Source of the DNA: Eledone cirrhosa
Lineage: Eukaryota
Length of the DNA stretch: 64,000 nucleotides
Assembly (NCBI GenBank): GCA_964016885.1
Contig: OZ024745.1
Span: forward strand, 110,112,001-110,176,000
Reading direction: 5' to 3'
Part shown: piece after piece, positions 1 to 12,255 of the stretch
Layout: each line of letters begins with the position of its first letter
Position numbering within the stretch: the first letter of the stretch is position 1
Translations under genes and position numbers: made by a program
Notes under the pieces: model-generated
What the model was told of the DNA's origin: nothing
Databases searched by the model: none
What the model saw: only the letters and a program-made list of their open reading frames with translations

Positions 1-454
1 TGATCCCAGTTGAAATATATGCCTAAGTAAAATGTCAGGATATTTGATATCAAAATAATAGTTTACTGTACATGTTCTTTATTCAAGAAAGTCTAGTACT
101 TTATTTTTATGCTTACCTTCAGTCCTAACAATTAGTTAACTCCCACCCCACCCCCAGTGTTAACACTTGGACTTGGACTTTTACATGTGGCTACTACAAT
201 AACATGTTTAGGTTATATTCAAAATGATTACTGTATACATTTGCATCTCTTCTTACAAAATACAACATGAAAAATCAGTATGTAACATTTCTATTGGATC
301 TACAAAACCTTACTTTGAAATGTATGTAAATTAGTTATGCAACATATCTAAGAGTAAAGATCCCCTTCGGTCAATAATGACCATGGGATTTGTACCTAAA
401 AAGTTCCTGTCCAAGGCACAAGTCCAGACAAGGTTGTTTGTGGAAAAGCAGCAG

Positions 455-690
455 TCACCCATGCATACTAGTCTCCTCTCTCCACACCACCGATGTTGTC
501 CAAGTGAAAGGTAATGGTTAATACAGCTTGGCACCAGTGACATTGCAACTCATTTCTACAGGCGAGTGAACTGCAGCAACATGAAATAAAGCGTCTTGCT
601 CAAGGACACAACACATAACCCAATGTAGGAATTGACCTCACAACCTCATGATTATAAGCCCAGTGCACTAACCACTAAGCCATATGTCAT
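455..690 (-). mobile_element. tRNA-derived SINE, family C (CORE-like central segment), diverged
   Basis: Reverse complement reads ggcttagtggttagtgcactgggcttataatc...gtgtgttgtgtccttgagcaagacgctttatttca, homologous to the copy at 27712-27850. Confidence 0.7.
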
Positions 691-1703
691 CACAACATGT
701 CTACTCATCTGACTTTTGCATGAGTATATCTGGTATTTATCAATAGCTACTGCAATTACCTTTTCATCTTATTTCTTCTAGTCATCATCAATCTTTCTCA
801 TAAAAACCTGCCTGAAACTGGACAAAGTTCATGATAGAAAAGGAGAAAAGGATCTGATTTAAATTGCTCAAATTTAAACCTTCTATTATAGTTTTTGTAA
901 GAAACTTTTCATAAGTTTGATTCTAGATCCCAATGTAATGAGATCGATAGTTATAATTACAAAATCCCTCCAAATTTTTGATTATTTTCAAAATTAATTG
1001 AAAATCAAACGCAGCATCTTTCATTATAAATATATTAATGAAAGAGTTAGCTTGACAAATATCTTATCAGTGATTAAACTAATTTAATCCCTGTCACTAT
1101 AAAGTAACTGATGAGCAAATGAGGCAACATCTGTATGGTCATTCAACATACTAGAAATAGCAGCTAAGCTAACATTTCAATCAAATGAAATCAAACCATT
1201 TAAAAAATAATGGTATTGGGGAATATTCCATAATATACAAAAGGTAGAGGTTGTCTTGAACTAAGCAACAATTTAGGGGTCAGGTTTGCCCCATTCATGG
1301 GTTTTAACCCGTCCATGACCATATTTCTAATAAAATCTACTGCCTATGATTTTCAAATAATTTCAGAAAATAATCAAGAATTTGAAAGAATTTTGTAATA
1401 TAAATTATTATTAAGCTGGTGTTTGTAACATAACAAAGGCTCTTATATAAAAGGAATATTTTAGATAAATATAAACATTTTAAAATAAACAGTTTTGCAC
1501 CCCTCTGTCAGTCAAAAAAGTTGTGTGCATTATAATTCTTTTTAGAACTATCATTTCTATATCATAGTTTAAAAACGATAGCACTATTCGTTACAGATTT
1601 CCAATTGACCAATCAATAGGTTATTGCATTTCTGACCATGTGAGAAACTAAAAATTATATAAATGATGAACTTCATAATTTCCATGTATTAAATTCCACT
1701 CAC

Positions 1704-2072
1704 AAGAAAATAGTCCACCTGAAACTATGGTGTAAAAAGAAAATAGTCCATCTGAAGCTATGGTATAAAAAGAAAATAGTCCATCTGAAGCTATGGTATA
1801 AAAAGAAAATAGTCCATCTGAAGCTATGGTGTAAAAAGAAAATAGCCCATCTAAAGCTGTGGTATAAAAAGAAAATAGTCCATCTAAAGCTGTGGTATAA
1901 AAAGAAAATAGTTCATCTGACACTATCATGTAAAAAGAAAATAGTCCATCTGAAGCTATCATGTAAAAAGAAAATAGTCCATCTGAAGCTATGGTATAAA
2001 AAGTAAATAGTCCATCTGAAGCTCTGGTGTAAAAAGTAAATAGTCCATCTGAAGCTCTGGTGTAAAAAGAAA
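1704..2072. repeat. 33-bp minisatellite, 11 copies
   Basis: Unit AAAAAGAAAATAGTCCATCTGAAGCTATGGTAT; the 'aaatag' motif recurs at 1708, 1741 and every 33 bp to 2038. Confidence 0.97.
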
Positions 2073-3091
2073 ACACTTTTTCAATGTGTTGAAGAGTATG
2101 ATTGAACCCAGAACAATATGTTTGCAAAGCAAAGTAAAATTCTTAACCATACATGCATGCCTGTTCCCATATCTATAGTTACCCTGATACACCTAGGCTT
2201 TTGTAAAACACTTGACATAAGTGGGATATATATTATGCTGCCACAGTTGCATTCTGCTTGTGGTTTTTATTTGTTCCTAGATGTACAGTCAAATCTATTG
2301 CTTCTCTATATCAGTTTAATAATGTTGACAATGCAACTGTAACTTCTAAGCTATTTTCATTTAAGTACTTCAGGAAATCGTATTTGTGACTGGAAGGGAT
2401 TGTTGTATAACTACTTTAGTAACAATCATGTAAGAATACCAAACAACTAAATATGACTATTGACAAGCACAAGAGTGTTATGACTACAAATGATTGAAAT
2501 CCCATAGCAGTCATCTTGATAAATATTTATAGGACAGGAAACTCAGAGTACACACTCTTACACATACGAATAAGTACAAAATCAATATCACAATACAACA
2601 GCAATACACAACATCCAATTCATTTAAATCCAAATGCATTAGTTTATCAAGCAAAATACTATTGAAATGATTTAAAAAGAATTATATCAGGCTCACAGAA
2701 AATACATTAGACACACACACAACACATATACTTCAATAGCAGATATATCCAAATGTACTTAAATGCACATCAATTATCCCCAACCAAATGAACCGAAATT
2801 TTCCAGTATTGTAATAGTTTTCCCCAAGAGTATTAAACATATAATTATTACAAGCTTTAACTGCTTAAGAAATATTATCTACACACGTCATTTTGTGGAG
2901 AATGCAAGCCTATATTGGAAGTACAAGTTGTCTCTCATTTTTACAGGGAAATTCCAATATCATATTACCTTTACACTGCCAACCAAGATTTCCAGGAATA
3001 TCTCCCGAAAGCAATGAACTAATACACTTGCTTATGCTCTGTTGCTGTTTTTTTTTTTTTAAATTACCCATGCAGAATGGTTTATATATAT

Positions 3092-3142
<51 letters not shown>

Positions 3143-3456
3143 CATTACAGTACACAGTCATTTCCAAGTAAAAGTATCCCAGGCATTCTAATTTTACAGA
3201 TAAGAAAATACAAATACAATTTGAAAAAAGAAACATATCCAAGGCTTATCAAAATCAAGCATAAATATTTGTTTTGTCTAAATAACAACTTAAAACAGAA
3301 ATACTTATTTTGTTTCTGTTGGATTAAGATGATAGTCTATAAATACTTGTAGCAGACGATGATTATACCAATGTCAAAATCCTCCTCATCTTAGCCATGA
3401 TTGCAAAGTAATATAAAGTCTGACTATAATTACAAAATGCAAGGTAGCAGTTAAAA

Positions 3457-3990
3457 TCTATTATGAACACCTTCCAGCACAGAGACATCCATAAATATAC
3501 GTGGTTTAAGGGGAATCAGGGACAGAGATCAATAATCGATTTTGTTATTGTCTCTGGTCGCTTCGATTCTGTGATTCTGTGCTGGATGTTCGTGTTAAGA
3601 GAGGGGTGCTGAGCTGTCAACTGATCACCATCCAGTTATCAGCAACTTGATACTACCTAAAGCCAAAGAAGCCTATAAAACTGACAGGTCCAAGGTGACC
3701 TACAGGATAAAGTGGGAAGCATTGGTGGATAAGGAAGTCATGGCCAGGTATGGAGATAATATTGTATCCAAATTCAGAGAACTCCCTGAGGAAACTGAGG
3801 ACATTGAGATAGAGTGGAGATTGTCCAGCTCAGAAGTTTCTGCTTCAGCTGTTAAATACTAGAAACGAAAGAGGCTTGGTGTGGTGGCAGATGGCAGGAA
3901 GACTCCTTGGTTCAATCAAGAGGTCAAAGATGCCATCCAAGCAAAGAAGAAAGCCTACAAAGTTTTGCTTCGGAATAAATCCTCCTTTTT
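3457..3990 (+). pseudogene. Decayed RTE-clade LINE fragment: APE endonuclease C-terminus plus linker
   Basis: Translates across frameshifts and a stop as IMNTF-QHRDIHKYTW...RSIIDFVIVS...VLDVRVKRG-AELSTDHHPV...IEIEWR...KTPWFNQEVKDAIQAKKKAYK. These are the typical APE 'IDF' and 'S/TDH' motifs and the post-endonuclease PW motif. Confidence 0.9.
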
Positions 3991-4155
3991 GCACATTGGA
4001 AAATAAAATGAGAGAGAGAAGAGAGGCTCTTTTGGAAAGAGAAGACATAGGAAATAGATGTCTGTCATATATATATATGTGTCTGATGGTAGCTAAGATG
4101 CTTCCATAGGCAGTATGCGGGTTGAGCACTCTATGCGCTTACAGAGCAGAGTATG

Positions 4156-4387
4156 ATAGAATAGAAAACGAAAAATCAGTGATGCATCTGAACTCAATTT
4201 ATTGTGTGTTACAATCGTTTCCCCCGTGGACAGCTCGAGACGCAATCATTGTGTGGATCTGTCTGATTCTGGACCCACAGACAGATCCACACAATGATTG
4301 CGTCTCAAGCTGTCCACCGGGGAAACGATTGTAACACACAATAAATTGAGTTCAGATGCATCACTGATTTTTCGTTTTCTATTCTAT
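4156..4387. repeat. Long fold-back palindrome (110-bp arms, 12-nt loop)
   Basis: 4156-4265 is the reverse complement of 4278-4387 with 2 mismatches; the right arm runs into a (TA)n tract. Confidence 0.97.
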
Positions 4388-4409
4388 ATATATATATATT
4401 TATATATTT

Positions 4410-4461
<52 letters not shown>

Positions 4462-4552
4462 GTGACTTCTGGTGTCACGCAGTAATACAGAGTACCCGAC
4501 CTCCCATGGGTACAAGCTGAAGCATATAGACAATATGCCCCCACACCCCCCA

Positions 4553-4820
4553 CCGCAAGGTGGTCGTGGAGGTGCCACGGCAAAAAAGCACCCAGCCCAC
4601 ACTGTAAAGTGGACGTGTAGGCGCCACGAAAAAGCACCCAGCACTCACTGTAAATGAGGTTGGTGTTAGGAAGGGCATCCAGCTGTAGAAATCAAGCCAG
4701 ATCAGTTCCTGTATGAGCAAGGCATGGTCAGCCGACCAGACACTGCCCACAACAGGACAACCCGTCTAACCCATGCTAGCGTGGAAGAACGGACGTAAAA
4801 CGGTGATGATGATGATGATG
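4553..4820 (+). mobile_element. RTE-tail SINE-like repeat, family B, with internal ~45-bp tandem units
   Basis: Ends ctaacccatgctagcgtggaagaacggacgtaaaacggt(gat)n; a close homologue lies at 27880-28137. Confidence 0.8.
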
Positions 4821-5078
4821 ACATATACATATATACATGTGTGGAGGATGCATGTACTTATTACAGACAGAACTGACAGAATGTATATGTACATATGCGT
4901 AAGATGTAAATTGGGTTCGCAGGATATGTGTACTTTCATACAATTAAGTGTGTAGAAAGTCCTGTGCATCCAAATTACACATGTACACTTGAATTTATGT
5001 TTCTGGCTACTCTGTGATCCCAATAAAAACAGAACCAGTTTATAAAGTGGAGAAGACGTTGTAGAGTTTGATATTGTG

Positions 5079-5291
5079 AATAATTGTTTCTACTTTAGGC
5101 ACAAGGCCAACAATTTGGGGGGGAAGGGAAAATTGATTAAGTCAATCCCAGTGCGTTACTGGTGCTTTATTTATCAACCCCATAAGGATGAAAGACAAAG
5201 CTAACCTTGTCGGGATTTGAACTCAGAACGTAAAGGGCCGTAACTCCATGTCGCAAAGCATGTTGTCCGACTCTCTCCCGATAATGCTAAT
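5079..5291 (-). mobile_element. tRNA-derived SINE family A (long form), diverged
   Basis: B-box GAGTTCAAATCCC, central tttcatccttatggggttgataaa domain, tail ggccttgtgcctaaagtagaaacaatt. Confidence 0.9.
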
Positions 5292-5828
5292 GTAATTCCA
5301 AAAGGTGATGTGTTTTGGTAATTGTATAGAGCTCCTCTGTGTACTCTATGTGAGGTGGAGTGATATAACCTAGGACTAAATTAAGACCTTTTAAGACCCT
5401 AAGCAGTTGAAAGATTATACTCCTCCCTACCACATATATAAAGTCTGCAACTTTTTTTGGGGGGGGGGGGGTTATGATAAATACATCTAATTTTAATAAA
5501 ATTGGGCCCTCCATTGATGTCCTAAGCATGTACTTATTTTGCTTAATGGTTATACTCAGACTGAATGCAGTCCAGGTATAACCATATTTTGTATGATACT
5601 ATCAAGGTAGCTGGTAGTAGTAGTAGTATGTAAACTAGAAGCTGGTTACATTGTTAAGTCAACTAGCCTCTGGGATTTTGTAGTTAGTAACACTGCAACT
5701 TTTAGCTGGCTTGTTTGCTGGAAAACCACTGACATCAATACCAGTAAGTGGACTCAATGGTTTAGCAACATTCATTAATATAGCATCTAAGTCACTGATT
5801 AATTTGACAAATGATGTAAGTTTGGCTG

Positions 5829-6044
5829 TTAACCCTTTAACATTTAAACTGGCCATATCTGGTCAGAATTCTCTCACATCTTTCTGTTCAAACTGGCTGT
5901 AATCAGCTACTCATAGCGATGTTAAGCTGTAGTTTTCAAAATAAATAATATCAAAATTTCATAGATTTGATATTATGTGAGATAAAGCCTTTACCATGAA
6001 AATACAATAGTAAACATAGAGTAATGTAAATGCTAAAGGGTTAA
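5829..6044 (+). mobile_element. piggyBac-type MITE (family D)
   Basis: TTAA|CCCTTTAaCATTTA ... TAAATGCTAAAGGG|TTAA: TTAA TSD, CCC/GGG termini and ~14-bp TIRs; 9 copies in the window. Confidence 0.9.
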
Positions 6045-6096
6045 TGGTTTAGCAACATTTATTAATATAGCATCTAAATCACTGATTAGTTTGACA

Positions 6097-6464
6097 AATA
6101 ATTGTTTCTACTTTTGGCACAAGGCCAGCAATTACCCAGTGCATTACTGGTACTTTATTTAATCGACCCCCGTAAGGATGAAAGGCAAAGTCAACCTCGG
6201 TGGGATTTGAACTCAGATCGTTAAGGGACGTAACTCTGCTGGAAAGCATGGCGATCGACCCTCTACCGATACTCCCAATCTTGACAAATAATTGTTTCTA
6301 CTTTAGGCACAAGGCCAGCAATTACCCAGTACATTACTGGTACTTTATTTTATCGACCCCTTAAGGATGAAAGGCAAAGTTAACCTCGGCGGGATTTGAA
6401 CTCAGTATGGAAAGGGCCGTAACTCTATGCGTCAAAGCATGGCGTCCGACCCTCTACCGATACT
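6097..6464 (-). mobile_element. SINE family A head-to-tail dimer
   Basis: Two units, 6097-6280 and 6287-6464, each preceded on + by ttgacaaat; both carry the B-box and central domain. Confidence 0.95.
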
Positions 6465-6594
6465 AATGATGTAAGTTTAGCTGTTAAAGAAGTAGCTTCA
6501 CAAGCTGACTTGTCCAAAAAAGTGCCAGCATGGTCTGGTATTGGTGCCAATTGATCTGAGGGTAGACTTTGCTATTGATAAAATCATAATGATC

Positions 6595-6726
6595 CTCATC
6601 ACCGTTTAACGTCCATTTTTCCATGCTAGCATGGGTTATAGAAGTTGTCCTGTTGTCGGCATTACCAGATCAGTTGACCATACCTTGCTCATACAGAAAT
6701 GATCTTGGCTTGGTTTCTACATCTGG
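6595..6726 (-). mobile_element. Family B (RTE-tail) fragment
   Basis: catcaccgtttaacgtccatttttccatgctagcatgggtta is the reverse complement of the family B tail. Confidence 0.75.
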
Positions 6727-7205
6727 ACATGTGTATTTATATTCACATCAGTGAAATGCCATAGATACAATTGTTTCTACTTTTGGCACAAAGCTAGCAA
6801 TTTGAAAAGGAGGGGAAAGTCAATTAAATCAGCCCCAGCTTATTACTGATGCTTTATTTTATTGACCTCATAAGGTTGAAAATCTTATGCAAAGCATATA
6901 GTCAGAAGTACCATGGATATAACAACATGAGATATATGAGATCTTCACTAAACATTGTTTATATATTTTCTCCCCCCTCTCTCTCTGTGTTACAATATAT
7001 GTGGTGACAGAGTAACTGTTCTTCTTTACTTTATCAAGGACATGTTTCTACAATAAATGCTAAATGTTTTTGATAATGGTTACTTGATACTGAGTCTATT
7101 GTAGGACAAGGGAAAATCTTTGTTAAGGTGGAAAGTCCTAAGTCATAAATACAGCAACATACAGTCAACATACTGTCAAAATATATTTAGATATTATTAT
7201 TTAAA

Positions 7206-7791
7206 AGGGCGGTGGATTGGCAGTATCAGTAGAGGGTCGGATGCCATGCTTTCCAGCATAGTTACGTCCCTTTACGATCTGAGTTCAAATCCCGCCGAGG
7301 TTGACTTTGCCTTTCATCCTTACGGGGTCGATAAAATAAAGTACCAGTAATGCACTGGGTAATTGCTGGCCTTGTGCCTAAATCAGAGACAATTATTTAA
7401 AAGGGCAGTGGATTGGCAGTATCGGTAGAGGGTCGGATGCCATGCTTTCCAGCATAGTTACATCCCTTTACGATCTGAGTTCAAATCCCGCCGAGGTTGA
7501 CTTTGCCTTTCATCCTTACGGGGTCGATAAAATAAAGTACCAGTAATGCACTGGATAATTGCTGGCCTTGTGCCTAAAGTAGAAACAATTATTTAAAAGG
7601 GTGGTGGATTGGCAGTATCGGTAGAGAGTCGGACGTCATGCTTTGACGCATAGAGTTATGACCCTTTCCATTCTGAGTTCAAATCCCGCCGAGGTCAACT
7701 TTGCCTTTCATCCTTACGGGGTCGATAATATAAAGTACCAGTAATGTACTGGATAATTGCTGGCCTTGTGCCAAAAGTAGAAACAATTATT
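7206..7791 (+). mobile_element. SINE family A head-to-tail trimer
   Basis: Three ~190-bp units (7206-7397, 7403-7593, 7599-7791), each with an A-box-like TGGCAGTATC(G/A)G, B-box GAGTTCAAATCCC, a gcctttcatccttacggggtcgataa domain resembling the Nin/Deu-type conserved SINE domain, and tail caattatt. Confidence 0.97.
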
Positions 7792-10700
7792 CAATTGATT
7801 TTTTTATGATAGATAATCCACTAAGTAAATATTTAAAAAAAAACAATTTCTTTTAAATAGCAATATATTAGATATATATTTACTGCAATTCTTTCTGTAC
7901 TTTATTTTATGAACAAGTTAGTTTATGAAACCTATAATGACATAAGCTTTCTACTACAATAGGTTGTACTTTTGACATCTTTACCAAAGCATCTGAAAAT
8001 TTATTTATTTTCTCACATTAGTTTTAATTCTTTTTAATTATGTATTTTGTTGTATAAGTTAATAATTTTGAAGATGACACAAATATGATGGAATTTATAT
8101 TATTCTTTGTAAACAACTAGTATTTCAAATTTTAGCTTAAAATTAAAAGCTTAATACAGCAACTATGATCTGTTTAATGACAATATGTATACATTTGCAC
8201 TTTTTGCTCTGGATGCATTCTAACACACTATTCTGTCATTAAATGGTATATCTTTGGAATATTGCAAACACAATTCCAGTTCGCATTCTTTTCTTTTATG
8301 ATTAGTAATCAGTAAAACAAAGCCTTGACAGTTGTGAATCAAAATAATATAAAAACACAAAATTCCCCATACAATTTATATCTTAAAAACAATAGACTAC
8401 TTAACTGTAACCTAAAAACTAATTTCTTTGAATAGCTATGTGTAATATATTTCCTAATATAAGCAAGGGTTTTTTAATGATTAATTCTGAAAGAAACGCT
8501 TGGAAGATATTATTAACCTCTATATAGCCCTCCCCCTTGTATCAATCCAAATACAAAAAAACAAAACAGTTAATCTAAATAAAAAAGGGAAAAACCTGGC
8601 TCGAACTATCAGAAACACTAATAAAAGATGATCAAAACTATTCACTTTGTTTATTAAAGTTGTTTAACCGGTAGAGCTGATGGTAGTGGTTGCAATAGTG
8701 ATGAGAATGAAAATCTGTCATATGCCACCTAATTTTGCAAGTGCAATGGTTTTGCAATCCACCTCCCACCATCTCTTCTCACATCCGCCAATTTCAATGC
8801 TGTAGAAAATTGCTACTTTTCAAATTTCCCAGTGTATAATCTTTTTATACATTTAATAGACATGCTGGGGCAACAATATTACATAAAAAAGGAAGCAAAA
8901 ACCTGCACAGAAAAAGAACAACAAAAGAGAGAGTATAGAGAATAGCCAGTTTTGATGGCAATTACAAAAAGCAGTCACACATCACTGCAGTTGACTGACT
9001 ACAGTAGCTGACAATAAATACATCAAAGCTTCACACAGAATAGGTGTTTAATAACTAACTTTGTCTAATTCTGTGTATAATATTTGTTGCATGTCAAGGT
9101 CAAAAACCAGGAGAGTAAAAGTAGGTAAAGGAGGAAAGGGAGCATCCACGAAGGAGACTTTATAATAGAATAATAATATAATGAAGGATACACTAGATAT
9201 ACCACCAATTCTTATGACTGTAAAAATACAGCAAACCAAATTGCTATTTGTCAATGGCTCGTTCAAGAAAGATATACAAAAAAAATCAGACATTCAAGTA
9301 CAAAGTGAAAGAACTGGTGAGAAATTAGTGGGGTTTATCTTATAAAGGAAAACAAAATATATAATGACACAAAAGGCTAGTGATGGCCTGTGACATTATC
9401 CAATTAATAATTATTAAAAAAGAAAAGAAGACACACAAACGAGTGTGAAACATAAACTAAGGGACAAAAATAATCATTGCACAAACACACGTACATACAT
9501 ACATATTCAAACAGACATATATGCATGTGTGCTTCATCATAGAAAGTACAGATAGAAAATTATTCTGAATTATAAAATTCATATCTGCTATAGTCTTAAG
9601 CTAATTACATGTTGTCAAAGTAATTAGCAAGAATCTATATTTGAAATGGTTGGCTCCCATTGGCTAACAGTAAACCAGCAGAGAACAGCTAGCTTATAGC
9701 ATCATTGATAAATTTGTTATTTATTCAGATACTATGAAAAAAAAAAGGTCTATTATGGATTGAATGGCTTTTGGTTAGAAAACCATTGTCTTTACCGATT
9801 CATTTCACTGGCTACTCAAGGGACCATCCCAAGCTAATGATACATATAGATTTGGTGGTATTAAACTGCTGCGAAACACTATCACAACAAAAACAAAAAC
9901 ATGATATGCCAACGCTGGAAAAAAGGATACACAAAGATTAAAAAGGAGAAAAGAAAAGCTATATACAAAAACAAAATCAAAAATAAATGTTTAAAAACCA
10001 AACCAAAACAACAAAAGCAATAAAGAAGAAAGACGTGAGATTAGGCAGCAGATAAAAGGTGTCTTCATGGTCCATTGTGCATATATTCAGCATTCATTAG
10101 CAATATTATCATTGTTAACATTTACATAATCAATTATATGCCCCATGTCTTTTCAGTAAATTGGTCATAACTTGTTAATATCAGGGTACGGCTACATGCA
10201 TTTGTGAAAGAAACATAATCAAAATATTAGCGAATAAAATGAATGGTAGTAATGAGTGAGTAGGTGAGTGACTGGTTGGATCCATACTTGTACAATTGAC
10301 TATATTTGCTATAAAAAATATTAATATAATCTGAAGAAGAAAAGCAGAATGACAGTTGTACTTGAATAAATTAATTTCCCATGTCAAGACAAAGCAAAAA
10401 CAAAAGTTTCTTTTAGTAGTGGCATATCAGGAATTTTATGCATGGCTAAGTGGTAAAGCATTTATTTATCTTGCTATAAAGAGACAGGTTCAGTTCTCAT
10501 TGATATTTAAAAATACACTTTGTTCACCTCTCTCTTAGGAATTGGAATATAATTAAAAAATTCTATAAAAATTATTTGAAAACCAAAATGTATTCAACAC
10601 AAATTACCCCCAGAAGATTAACAGAAAACATTAGATATACTTATATAAGAAGATAAAACATAAAGAATCAAATTAGAAAGTACGGTAGTACAATTTCGGA

Positions 10701-11355
10701 TCTCATAGGAAAAACAGTTGTGTTACAATACTAAAATTTATGGAGGTCAACATACATCATTTTCACCCTATTCATGTGTGTGTGCGCTTATGTGTGTGTG
10801 CGTGTGTGTGTATTAGTGGCAAGCTCTCAGACATACTTCTTCACACCTGCTTTATCATTTCCAATCCACAAAGTGTTTCAACATAAGGGGCTTGACATTC
10901 TAATAAAACATTCAAATATTCCGCTCAAACAAATCAATATGGAGGCCCCAAGTTCCTAATTCTAATCCCAAAGATAACAAAATGGCATAGTTATGGCTAC
11001 AGACAGACTAAGCAAATAATATTCAAAATGTCAGCTTTATACACAGCATATCATCCAAATATCATACTGGTCTGGCAGAGTATATACATTTAACTGTTTC
11101 GAATTTACTGAGTTTGAAACAGGCAAAAATCAATTTAGTACTACCTTAACTTTTAGTATCCTGTACCACTTGAAACCACATTAGTAAGACATTCTTGAAC
11201 AGTACAAACCAACACTATGACTGCATGACATTAAAAACAAATGTTTGTCCTTATGTTTTGTGCAAGTATTCACCATGATCACTAGCAGAGATACTTTAAA
11301 CATTTAAATTAGTGAACATGTTATAAGATATTTTCTGCCAAATCATTACAGCATT

Positions 11356-11582
11356 TTAACACTAACATTTACAATACTCTATATTTCCTTTTGTATTTTT
11401 GCGGCAAAGGCTTTACCTCACATAATTATCTCCCATTATATCAAATGTATGAGATTTTGATATTATTTATTTTGAAAACAATACCTTAACGATAGTGTGG
11501 GTGGCCAGATACAGCTGGTTTAAAGAGAAAGATGTGAGAGAATTCTGGCCAGATATGGCCGGTTTAAATGCTAAATGGTTAA
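11356..11582 (-). mobile_element. piggyBac-type MITE (family D)
   Basis: Reverse-complement homologue of 5829-6044, bounded by TTAA. Confidence 0.85.
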
Positions 11583-11782
11583 GAGTTAATCTATAAAGGA
11601 GGATTGAATATATCCCAATAATACACAACTGGCACAAGAAGTAAAGAAACTCTTGGAGCTCTTTTTTTTAATTACGCTTTTACTGTAGCCACGATTTAGT
11701 CATTCATATTGACTTCTGTACATATTCTTTAAGTCTGGTGCTTATTTTTTGGTATCTTATATTTTGTCAAACTGCTAAGTGT

Positions 11783-12001
11783 TTAACCTTTTAGCATTTA
11801 AACCGACTAGAACTCTCTCACCTTTTCCTGTTCAGACCAGCTATAACTGGCCACTCATACTGATGTTAAGGTATTGTTCTCAAAATAAATACTTTCAAAA
11901 TTTCATAAATTTGCTATTATGTGAGACAATTATGTGAGATAAAGCCTTTACTGTGAAAATATAATAGCAAATATAGAGTAATGTAAATGCTAAATGATTA
12001 A
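11783..12001 (+). mobile_element. piggyBac-type MITE (family D)
   Basis: TTAACCTTTTAGCATTTA...TAAATGCTAAATGATTAA. Confidence 0.85.
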
Positions 12002-12255
12002 GGTGTTTGTGATACAATCATAAGGTGGTTTTAATTCCTGGACAGGGCAATACAATGTGATTTTCATCAAAATACTTTATTTCACATTGCTTCTTATATT
12101 AGGAGTTGCACCTAGAAGATAACTACAATGGAAAGGCTAATGGAAACGTTGAGTCCTTGGTCAAATCTAATGATCAGCTCCTTTTAGGTGTGTGTGTATG
12201 CATGTGCATATATGTATGTGAACTAACCAAATAAATAAATAAATAAATAAATAAA

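Noticed and set aside
1704-2072. 33-bp repeat as a CRISPR array
   Set aside because: The units are contiguous with no unique spacers, the context is eukaryotic, and there are no cas genes.
5490-5535. YMLRTSME as part of a LINE RT (DYVLRTSID-like)
   Set aside because: The similarity does not extend on either side.
7206-7300. tRNA genes at the A/B-box motifs
   Set aside because: There is no cloverleaf, and the boxes continue into a SINE body and tail with TSDs.
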